DNA from: a virus
Lineage: Duplodnaviria > Caudoviricetes
Length of the DNA: 25,131 bases
IMG/VR virus record: IMGVR_UViG_3300010398_000045
Location: 1-25,131 of that record
Direction: 5' to 3' (one strand)
How positions within the stretch are numbered: position 1 is the stretch's first letter; each line of letters begins with the position of its first letter. Shown one piece after another: positions 18,079 through 25,131 of this stretch. Under the pieces are notes generated by a model. The model did no database searches. It was not told the origin of the DNA and saw only the letters and a list, made by a program, of their open reading frames with translations. A program made the translations under genes and the position numbers.

Positions 18079-18565
18079 GGTGTTGAAGACACCTAAGATT
18101 GCTTTTGTGGTAGCGGCCATACTCTTGGGAACATCTGTTGGTTTTGGTATTGCGGCAATTGCAACAGCACAAGCTCAATCAACGCCAACGCCAACGCCAA
18201 GCATTAGTTTGATACCCGGTCCACCAGGCAAAAACGGCATCAACGGCACTAACGGCACAAATGGCACTAATGGCACAAATGGCCATGATGGTCACGATGG
18301 TGTCAATGGCACAAACGGCATCAATGGTCATGACGGAACAAATGGAGTAAATGGTCAACAAGGATTGCCCGGTCACAATGGTACAAACGGCACCAATGGA
18401 AAGAATGGCAAGAATGGTTCACAAGGACCACCCGGATCATCAGGTCCGCCTGGGCCTAGTGGGCCGCCTGGTGGCCAAACGTGTCCCTCAGGTTTTGCGC
18501 CTGGCACATTGGTATTGAATGCGCCTGGTGGTCAAGTCACATTATATACGTGTCTCAGTGGGTGA
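18053..18565 (+). CDS. Membrane-anchored collagen-like protein
   Basis: N-terminal TM/signal, PT linker, 28 Gly-X-Y triplets, and a C-terminal TCPSGF...LYTC Cys pair. Confidence 0.8.
   Translation: MDATNLAAKVLKTPKIAFVVAAILLGTSVGFGIAAIATAQAQSTPTPTPSISLIPGPPGKNGINGTNGTNGTNGTNGHDGHDGVNGTNGINGHDGTNGVNGQQGLPGHNGTNGTNGKNGKNGSQGPPGSSGPPGPSGPPGGQTCPSGFAPGTLVLNAPGGQVTLYTCLSG
18218..18469 (+). repeat. Gly-X-Y collagen-like coding repeat (28 triplets, GxN/GHD rich)
   Basis: Uninterrupted GPP GKN GIN GTN GTN ... GPS GPP; degenerate 9-nt repeat at the DNA level. Confidence 0.85.
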
Positions 18566-18568
18566 TGA

Positions 18569-18826
18569 ATGATGAATGAGCGCAGACCTGAAATTATGCA
18601 GTTGATGCGATGGTTTGAGTTTGACCATTTGCCACATGGATTATCTCGTGAGGTATCTGAAGATTGTAATGAATTCATGCATCAGATACTTGACCAGATA
18701 CGCCATGACACACCAGAATTGACTGCTGGATTGCGTAAGTTGCTTGAGGCAAAGGACTGTTTTGTGCGGGCTGCGATAGCGGCACACGAACATGTTGGTG
18801 TTGACCATACCAAAGGTGATACATAA
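18569..18826 (+). CDS. Hypothetical phage protein (85 aa)
   Basis: WFEFDHLP...ELTAGLRKLLEAKDCFVRA resembles a conserved small phage protein of unknown function (recalled, not searched). TAATG-coupled to the next gene. Confidence 0.75.
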   Translation: MMNERRPEIMQLMRWFEFDHLPHGLSREVSEDCNEFMHQILDQIRHDTPELTAGLRKLLEAKDCFVRAAIAAHEHVGVDHTKGDT

Positions 18827-19920
18827 TGCCGTTGCCTGCTGATCCAATTCTCGCCCAGAAGGAAATTGATCGACGTCTGGGTGTATTGGAGCGCACGCAA
18901 ACTTCAGTTGGTGGCGTTGGTGGCGGCGCAACGTCACGTTACTATGAGGAATGGCAAACAAATTCACCAGCCATTGCTGCTGGATTGAATGGTGCATTTT
19001 CAGTTACGACGCAAAATCTACTTGAAGGTCCATACCCTTCATGTTTCTCAGGCCAAACGTGGACTTGCCCTGATGACAATGTGTACACATTTATTATGAA
19101 CACATTGGTATCAAATGTTACACCGCCAAATACTGCTCGCATTACATGGCTTATCTGCACCAATGTGGCTACTGGTGGAACAATTTATTGGCGTGAATCA
19201 AGAGACAATTACATATCCGGTCTCATAAGATCACAATCAGCACCAATTCGTATGACCAAAGGTACAGTGGTGTATTTTGTGATCTTCAATGGTACAAGTG
19301 GACCAATTACATTTTCTACAAGTTTCATTGCTGTAACAACAGGCAGCGGCATCAAGGGTGATACTGGTCTTACTGGTGCTCAAGGCACTCCTGGCGTCAA
19401 AGGTGATCCTGGCGTCAAGGGTGATAAGGGTGATACTGGCGCAACTGGTGCGACTGGTGCTCAAGGCCCACCTGGAATACCAGGCACCGGCGCGGCATAT
19501 ATGCAGCGATTGTCTGTTCCAGCCATCAATACGCCATACACAATCAATCACAATTTGAATTCTCTAGTTCCACTTGTGCAATTGTGGGATTACACGACTG
19601 GCTCATTGATGCAATCTGAAGTTGCTGTTATTGATGCAAACAATGTGCGAGTAACATTCAACGTACAGCCGCCAAATGATGTTAATGTTGTTGTTGCTGC
19701 AGGGATTCCAGCGACAACTCCAAATTTGTCATATAGACACGTGCAATCAACAGCAGCTACAACATGGACAATTAATCACAACTTGGGCTTCAGACCAAAT
19801 GTTGCAGTTGTTGATTCAACTGGAAATGTGATCTATCCCGGCAATATCCAATACACGAGTTCAACGCAAGTGGTGCTTACATTTTCAGCTGCTGTCGGTG
19901 GCGAGGCATACTTGAGTTAG
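18826..19920 (+). CDS. Minor tail / fibre protein with a collagen segment and two HNL-motif domains
   Basis: N-terminal EIDRRLGVLER coiled coil, a beta domain, a G-X-Y run (GIKGDTG...GPPGIPG), then YTINHNLN and WTINHNLG domains. Confidence 0.75.
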   Translation: MPLPADPILAQKEIDRRLGVLERTQTSVGGVGGGATSRYYEEWQTNSPAIAAGLNGAFSVTTQNLLEGPYPSCFSGQTWTCPDDNVYTFIMNTLVSNVTPPNTARITWLICTNVATGGTIYWRESRDNYISGLIRSQSAPIRMTKGTVVYFVIFNGTSGPITFSTSFIAVTTGSGIKGDTGLTGAQGTPGVKGDPGVKGDKGDTGATGATGAQGPPGIPGTGAAYMQRLSVPAINTPYTINHNLNSLVPLVQLWDYTTGSLMQSEVAVIDANNVRVTFNVQPPNDVNVVVAAGIPATTPNLSYRHVQSTAATTWTINHNLGFRPNVAVVDSTGNVIYPGNIQYTSSTQVVLTFSAAVGGEAYLS

Positions 19921-19929
19921 GAGCGAATT

Positions 19930-21165
19930 GTGCCTACATTCTATGGCGCAGTCGATCTTGCCAAGAACGAATTGCGCAATGCTGTTATTCAAAATCTTGG
20001 CGCAGCCCCGGCATCGCCAATTCAAGGTCAATTGTACTTTGATTCAACAGCAAAGATCTTGTATTGGTATTCAGGTACACAATGGGTGGCGGCACAAGGT
20101 GGCGCTGGTGCTGTGCCATCGGACACAGTCACCACTGCAGCAATTGGTGATGCTGGTGTACCTGGTTCAAGCACATTGTATTCACGCGGTGATCACAAAC
20201 ATGGAATGCCAGCATTTGGCGCGATCACACTTGAGAATGTATTTGGTGCAACAAAGGGTGATGGTTCAGCACTCACTATTGCACGGTCTGATCACACGCA
20301 TGGCAATCCAACTCACGATGCAGCAGCCCACTCAACCATCCCGCTAACGGCATTGGCTGTTCCAACAACTTCATTGAATTTGAACAACCAAAAGATTATC
20401 AACCAATTAGATCCAACCAACCCACAAGATTGTGCAACCAAGAATTATGTCGATCTTACCACTCAAGGTTTGGATGCGAAACAAAGTGTGAAAGCGGCAT
20501 CCGCTGGTACAAACCTCACTTTGTCTGGCACGCAAACCGTGGATGGCATTGCACTTGTTGCGGGTGATCGATGCCTGGTCAAGGATCAAACCACCCAATC
20601 GGCAAACGGCATTTATGTCGTCGCTGCTGGTGCTTGGGCACGGGCGACAGACATGGATGTTTGGACTGAAGTTCCATCAGCATATACATGGGTGGAACAA
20701 GGCACGGTCAATGCAGACACTGGTTGGGTATGTACTGCTGATCAAGGCGGTACATTAGGAACAACAAACATTACATGGACACAATTCTCAGGTTCTGGAG
20801 CAATTAGTGCCGGCGCTGGTTTGACCAAGACTGGTAGCACAATTGATTTGGTTGCCGGCGATACATCACTTACTGTCGCTGCTGATTCTGTAATTGTCAA
20901 TTCATCTGTAATGGCCACAGTCGCGGCATTGAATGCAGCCGTTGCAGGAATGGCGAAGAAGTTTGCCGCTGCATTGACTGGTACAGCCAGCCCAGAAGTG
21001 GTTACACACAACTTGAATACACGCGATGTACAAGTGACGGTGTTGAATGGCGCATCCCCATATACAGCAGTTGAAGTTGATTGGGATGCAACAACAGTCA
21101 ACACAGTAACAATCAGATACAATCCCAATTTGGGCTCTGGGTATCGTGCTGTAGTAGTTGGGTGA
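19930..21165 (+). CDS. Fibre-like virion protein
   Basis: GTG start after AGGAG. Motifs DLAKNELRNAVIQNL, SRGDHKH/ARSDHTH, DCATKNYVD, LSGTQTVDGIALVAGDRCLVKDQT..NGIYVV and a C-terminal VTHNLNTRDV domain. Confidence 0.78.
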   Translation: MPTFYGAVDLAKNELRNAVIQNLGAAPASPIQGQLYFDSTAKILYWYSGTQWVAAQGGAGAVPSDTVTTAAIGDAGVPGSSTLYSRGDHKHGMPAFGAITLENVFGATKGDGSALTIARSDHTHGNPTHDAAAHSTIPLTALAVPTTSLNLNNQKIINQLDPTNPQDCATKNYVDLTTQGLDAKQSVKAASAGTNLTLSGTQTVDGIALVAGDRCLVKDQTTQSANGIYVVAAGAWARATDMDVWTEVPSAYTWVEQGTVNADTGWVCTADQGGTLGTTNITWTQFSGSGAISAGAGLTKTGSTIDLVAGDTSLTVAADSVIVNSSVMATVAALNAAVAGMAKKFAAALTGTASPEVVTHNLNTRDVQVTVLNGASPYTAVEVDWDATTVNTVTIRYNPNLGSGYRAVVVG

Positions 21166-21170
21166 TTTGA

Positions 21171-22613
21171 ATGCCACGTCAATTTGGTATTTTGAACGCG
21201 CCACCCTACGCATCTGCTCCCGCAGTAGGGCTAGCAGGTGATATGTATTACAACACTGCCCAAAAGATCTTGTATTTGTCTGATGGAACTATTTGGCGCG
21301 GTGGTGGTGGTTCAGGCATACCATCAGGTGGCGCAACAGGTCAAGCATTAGCCAAAAACACAGCAACTGATTTTGACGCCGGTTGGCAAACATTCAGTGG
21401 TCAATTGCTGAGTACGTACAACGGCTCAATGGATTCACTAGTCACACCTGGCATATATGTTCGCACTGCTGTTACTGGTGATCCTATTGCTGCTGGCAAT
21501 AGCGTCATCGTTGAAGTGCTTGCCGGGCAGGACACCCCGCAGCAATGGCGTTTACAACGCATGACCGGCGCAACTACACCAACAAATGGTCAAGTATTCC
21601 AACGCACTACATCGTCTGGTTCTGGTGCTTGGTTGCCTTGGATACAAATAGCACCGGCATCATTGCCAAGTGCATTGATTGCTGCCGGAGTTGTGGCAGG
21701 ACCATTCAGCGTTGCACAAACATCATTTGCATCTGCTGCAACATGGGGTGCAGCTGGCAGTGGCTTGCAGCCAACCATTACACCGATTGCCAATCACTAT
21801 TATCGCATTCGATTCATCGTTCCACAAGTTAGTGGTATGGCAACAGGCAATGCTGTTTATTTGCAAATAGTGAAAGATGGTGCATCATTTGGACAAGTAT
21901 TTGGTTACCAAGCATATTTGACTGGTGTATTGAGTGGCTTTGCGCCTGCTGTTGAATATGTTGGATCACTTGGCACTCCAGGAACACCAACTACATTTGG
22001 CATTCGTGGTTGGAGCTCTGTCGCGTCGACTGGTGCAGTGGCTTGTGAAGGTGGCCAAGGCGTTACTTGTACTATTGAAGATATGGGCATTATTGGTGGC
22101 GGTGCTGCACCAACTGCCATAATACCTGGTGGCGGCAATACTGGTCAAGTGTTACTCAAGAACAGCGCTGCTGATTATGACATGATATGGGGTGGCGACG
22201 CTGCACCGCTTGGCTTGATTGGATTCAGTGCTGGAACAGATGGTGCTAACAGAACAGCAACTGGGTTCGCTAGTGCCGTGGATCAAGGCACCATTTCAGG
22301 CATTACCATTGTGGCTGGTCGTCGTTATCGCATTCGTGTTTTTTGGCCTGGAATTTCTGCATCATATTCAGCAGGCAATGGTGCTGTTCAGGCGGCCATC
22401 AGCAGAAGTGGATCTCAACACGGTGACACAGTAGGTGGTCGAAGTGGTGTTTCTGGTTTTGGTATTTCACCTGTTATAGCTGAATGGACAGGTTCATATA
22501 CAGCAGGCACTTACAATTTCGCCTGGCGAATTTGGTGTGGCGCGAGTGTCACCGGTGTTGTAACTAGTGGAACAATCATAATGACTGTTGAGGACTTAGG
22601 TGCACTAGTCTGA
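21171..22613 (+). CDS. Tail fibre / receptor-binding-like protein with internal duplication
   Basis: GDMYYNT..LYLSDGTIW at the N-terminus, two GGxTGQxLxKN..D[FY]D..W motifs, and two beta domains ending TIEDMG and TVEDLG. Confidence 0.72.
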   Translation: MPRQFGILNAPPYASAPAVGLAGDMYYNTAQKILYLSDGTIWRGGGGSGIPSGGATGQALAKNTATDFDAGWQTFSGQLLSTYNGSMDSLVTPGIYVRTAVTGDPIAAGNSVIVEVLAGQDTPQQWRLQRMTGATTPTNGQVFQRTTSSGSGAWLPWIQIAPASLPSALIAAGVVAGPFSVAQTSFASAATWGAAGSGLQPTITPIANHYYRIRFIVPQVSGMATGNAVYLQIVKDGASFGQVFGYQAYLTGVLSGFAPAVEYVGSLGTPGTPTTFGIRGWSSVASTGAVACEGGQGVTCTIEDMGIIGGGAAPTAIIPGGGNTGQVLLKNSAADYDMIWGGDAAPLGLIGFSAGTDGANRTATGFASAVDQGTISGITIVAGRRYRIRVFWPGISASYSAGNGAVQAAISRSGSQHGDTVGGRSGVSGFGISPVIAEWTGSYTAGTYNFAWRIWCGASVTGVVTSGTIIMTVEDLGALV

Positions 22614-22624
22614 TTGGAGTCAGC

Positions 22625-22768
22625 ATGAAGCATGAAGAGCCAGAACAAGAGCGTGAAAGAGAATCAGATGTGCGGGATGTAGGTGACGCGCATTTGCATG
22701 AACCGCCAGACTGGTTTGATGCCGAACACCGGGCACGGCTTGAGCAGAGAGATGAGGACAATGACTGA
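22625..22768 (+). CDS. Small acidic hypothetical protein (47 aa; below the ORF-track cut-off)
   Basis: GGAG (22616-22619) then ATG 22625; MKHEEPEQERERESDVRDVGDAHLHEPPDWFDAEHRARLEQRDEDND*. It overlaps the lysin start by 8 nt. Confidence 0.6.
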   Translation: MKHEEPEQERERESDVRDVGDAHLHEPPDWFDAEHRARLEQRDEDND

Positions 22769-23627
22769 ATATGCCCCTGCGGCTATTCAGCATATGTTTG
22801 ACTCACTCAATGCCGTCATCCCGCAGGCGATCATGGCCGGAATTGTTGGCGATAGTGCACATACGTATGGCTACCACCGTGGACGCAATTACGTTGGTAG
22901 CAATGATTATTCAGTTCAAACACCACCTGACAAGAAAGGCAACGGTGAGGCTGCTAGTGCGCTAGACATTTCATGGGAAACGGCACAATGGCAGTACACT
23001 GTCAGCCAGAGGCTGATGAATGCCAAGAACGATTCGCGTATGAATCCCATTCGTGAATTCTTTGGTAGCATTGACGGCCGTAATGTTTGCGGTTGGGATT
23101 ACTATGGGAATTACTCTGTAACATCTGATGATTCTCATTTGTGGCATATTCACATTTCTGTATTGCGTGAGTATGCTGACAACGATGCGGCACTTCAAGG
23201 AGTGGCCGCTGTCATGACTGGTAGTTCAGGCACAGGAGGAGACTGGTTTGATATGGCTACGCAGACTGATCTTGAGAATGCAGTTCGCAAAGTTCTCAAT
23301 GAGGGCACAGATGGCGTGCCATACAAAGACCGTTTTCGTCGCATGAGCAACCGTATTGCGGCACTTTTGCCCGGCGGCAACGCAGATGAGTCTGGCGCAA
23401 AAGGCCCAGATCGCCTTGAGCTTTTCAAGGCACTGTTCAATTCAGGCTCTGCGCCGCGCATGGATCCTGACACCGGCACGCCGACCATGGATTCCCCAGC
23501 TGTCCCAGGCAATTACTTGGCATATGCTGATGATCGCGTCACGCAGAAGATGGCGTCTGTGTTGAACAAGCTGGACGCCCAACAAGCCGATCTTGATTTG
23601 ATCAAAGCCAATTTGGGCATCGAATGA
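22761..23627 (+). CDS. Putative endolysin 1 (Zn-peptidase-like catalytic domain plus unique C-terminal domain)
   Basis: GIVGDSAH..GYH, DYSV, AASALD and SHLWHIHIS (HxH) resemble actinophage peptidase-type lysins. ATG 22761 follows GAGGA and aligns with the start of the paralogue. Confidence 0.72.
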   Translation: MTEYAPAAIQHMFDSLNAVIPQAIMAGIVGDSAHTYGYHRGRNYVGSNDYSVQTPPDKKGNGEAASALDISWETAQWQYTVSQRLMNAKNDSRMNPIREFFGSIDGRNVCGWDYYGNYSVTSDDSHLWHIHISVLREYADNDAALQGVAAVMTGSSGTGGDWFDMATQTDLENAVRKVLNEGTDGVPYKDRFRRMSNRIAALLPGGNADESGAKGPDRLELFKALFNSGSAPRMDPDTGTPTMDSPAVPGNYLAYADDRVTQKMASVLNKLDAQQADLDLIKANLGIE

Positions 23628-24409
23628 CAGAGTATGCGCCAGCTGCAATTCAACATATGTTTGATACGTTGAATGCGGCTATTCCGCAAGCGGTCTTGGC
23701 TGGTATTGTCGGCGATAGCGCGCACACATATGGATATCATCGCGGCCGCAACTATGTTGGCAGCAATGACTATTCCGTGCAGACGCCGCCAGACAAAAAG
23801 GGCAATGGTGAAGCCGCCAGCGCAATTGATCTCTCTTGGGAACAAGCCAGCTGGCAATATACGGTGAGTCAACGATTGCTCAACGCCAAGAATGATTCAC
23901 GCATGAACCCAATACGTGAATTCTTTGGCAGTGTAGATGGAATCCATGTATGTGGCTGGGATTACTACGGCAACTACTCAGTCACATCCGATGACTCTCA
24001 TCTGTGGCATATCCACATATCGGTCCTGCGTGAATATGCCGACAATGACGCGGCGCTGCAGGGTGTCGCCCAAGTACTCATTGGTAGCACACAGCCGCCA
24101 CCATCGACAGGAGATTGGTTTGATATGGCTACTCAAGCAGATCTGGAAACAGTGGTGCGCAGAGTGCTCAATGAGGGCACTGGCTATGGCACATCAGGTT
24201 GGGCAAAGACCAACCAGAACATGTATGACCGCACTGGCGATATCATCAACAAGCTCAATGCGATGAAGAGCCAGATCACATCTGAGGCCCAGATGAATCG
24301 TTGGGGTGATGGACGCGACGTGCCGCCTGGAAGCGATACTCATCCATGGAACCTCAAGGTTGTTCGGCAACTTTGCCTCGACATTCTGGCGGCATTGCCA
24401 GCTGAGTGA
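23624..24409 (+). CDS. Putative endolysin 2 (paralogue of endolysin 1 with a different C-terminal domain)
   Basis: ATGA overlap with the previous gene. 12 differences in the first ~149 aa (manual alignment); unrelated after VLNEGT. Confidence 0.72.
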   Translation: MTEYAPAAIQHMFDTLNAAIPQAVLAGIVGDSAHTYGYHRGRNYVGSNDYSVQTPPDKKGNGEAASAIDLSWEQASWQYTVSQRLLNAKNDSRMNPIREFFGSVDGIHVCGWDYYGNYSVTSDDSHLWHIHISVLREYADNDAALQGVAQVLIGSTQPPPSTGDWFDMATQADLETVVRRVLNEGTGYGTSGWAKTNQNMYDRTGDIINKLNAMKSQITSEAQMNRWGDGRDVPPGSDTHPWNLKVVRQLCLDILAALPAE

Positions 24410-24415
24410 GTCCGG

Positions 24416-24730
24416 ATGGGTAACGACTACACTAGAGTTCATCGTGAACTCAACAGTACGTTGGGTAGGGCCACAGACTATAGCTGTGCAATTTGCGGGA
24501 AAGAGCCTGCGGACCATTGGGCATATGACCATCTAGACCCAGATGGGCTTGTGGCTGTTGACGGCAAGGTATACAGCGAGGATATGGCTCATTACAAGCC
24601 ACTGTGTGCTAGTTGTCATCGCAGGCTTGACTACCAGTATGAAAAGCATCATGTTGCGCAGCGTACCTACAGATCTCTTGATGTCGAGAGATGGGTCGGG
24701 GTGCTGCCAGAATCACCATACGAGCAATGA
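24416..24730 (+). CDS. HNH-endonuclease-like zinc-finger protein
   Basis: YTRVH..GRATDYSCAICG..HWAYDH..YS..HYKPLCASCHRRLD; CxxC plus CxxCH. Confidence 0.7.
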   Translation: MGNDYTRVHRELNSTLGRATDYSCAICGKEPADHWAYDHLDPDGLVAVDGKVYSEDMAHYKPLCASCHRRLDYQYEKHHVAQRTYRSLDVERWVGVLPESPYEQ

Positions 24731-24733
24731 TGA

Positions 24734-24753
24734 TTCTGCGCACCAGCGCAGAA
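24734..24753. terminator. Perfect 8-bp hairpin just after the last gene (possible terminator)
   Basis: TTCTGCGC-ACCA-GCGCAGAA starts 3 nt after the stop codon. There is no clear U-tract. Confidence 0.4.
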
Positions 24754-24817
24754 CATTCATATATCAAATGAAGGAGGTGAAGCCTCTGGCCTCACCGCAC
24801 CAGGTGTAGTGCGTCTG

Positions 24818-24833
24818 TCGAACGTGCGTTCGA
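24818..24833. promoter_or_regulatory. LexA (SOS) box-like operator 1
   Basis: TCGAAC-GTGC-GTTCGA is an exact match to the actinobacterial consensus TCGAAC-N4-GTTCGA, in non-coding DNA. Confidence 0.65.
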
Positions 24834-24855
24834 ACCAACTGACCGGGGTGGTCTG

Positions 24856-24871
24856 TCGAACGCACGTTCGG
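24856..24871. promoter_or_regulatory. LexA (SOS) box-like operator 2
   Basis: TCGAAC-GCAC-GTTCGG has one mismatch to the consensus and starts 38 bp after box 1. Confidence 0.55.
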
Positions 24872-25131
24872 CGCATTTCGGACCTAGCACGCCTATCGGA
24901 CCACCCCGCAGAAACGCTGGGCTTCATCAGTGCGAGCACCAGCTCGGGCAGCCCATCCCAATGATCACATGACAAGACCTTCCAGCACCAATGATTCATT
25001 GGCCCAAGCCTTTTCCTACTAATCCTATAGAATCAGCCTAGCGCCTGCCTAACAAGATCGACTAGCTCCGCAGTAGGGTAACGCTGCTGACAGCTGTACT
25101 GCCGTTAGGAGCAGCCTCAGGTACCGTAGCG

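Noticed and set aside
18180-18469. Short tandem repeats (CAACGC x3; 9-nt repeats) as a CRISPR array or VNTR, and NGT motifs as glycosylation sequons
   Set aside because: Fully explained by a PT linker and Gly-X-Y coding. There are no spacers and no glycosylation genes in view.
22683-22760. N-terminal extension of lysin 1 from GTG 22683 (similarly the upstream starts at 3550, 5880, 9425, 10426 and 15644)
   Set aside because: Downstream starts have better SDs or coupling. For the lysin, the paralogue begins at MTEYAP.
22761-24180. Lysin duplication as an assembly artefact or a DGR template/variable repeat pair
   Set aside because: Differences are mostly synonymous and involve all four bases rather than only adenines. 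Both copies are intact genes, and there is no reverse transcriptase in the window.
24870-24935. Minus-strand CTGATGA ... GAAA resembling a hammerhead ribozyme core
   Set aside because: The bases flanking the core do not form stem II, and no matching stem III with a cleavage triplet was found.
90-24999. Numerous minus-strand and nested alternative-frame ORFs in the ORF track
   Set aside because: They are shadows of a continuous, translationally coupled + strand gene set, with no recognisable motifs or SDs.
24757-24999. 80-aa minus-strand ORF and possible -10 hexamers near 25022-25033
   Set aside because: No recognisable protein features, the ORF runs through the palindromic sites, and no matching -35 element was found.
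1-25131. tRNA, integrase, terminase or anti-defence genes
   Set aside because: None is recognisable here. The terminase probably lies upstream of the window, and lifestyle cannot be determined from this sequence.

Overview
This window is the complete virion-structure and lysis arm of a tailed (siphovirus-type) phage, with all genes on the + strand and tightly packed. The head module resembles actinobacteriophages that use two capsid proteins (mycobacteriophage cluster B-like). Gene order: end of a membrane-protein gene, very long portal fusion, multi-domain capsid maturation protease, major capsid (hexamer) protein, second capsid (pentamer-type) protein, major tail protein, head-tail connectors, tail assembly chaperones with a -1 frameshift, tape measure, baseplate/minor tail genes, three inserted genes (two membrane proteins), three fibre-like genes, two tandem endolysin-like paralogues, an HNH-like gene, and a structured non-coding tail with two LexA-box-like sites. 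The most unusual points: (1) the twin lysins share ~92% identical catalytic domains but have near-saturated synonymous divergence, unrelated C-termini and a conserved candidate internal start; (2) the portal is fused to MuF-like and HNH domains punctuated by candidate protease sites; (3) one ~60-aa module is shared by the second capsid protein and the tail tube. All product calls come from motif recognition and synteny, not database searches.
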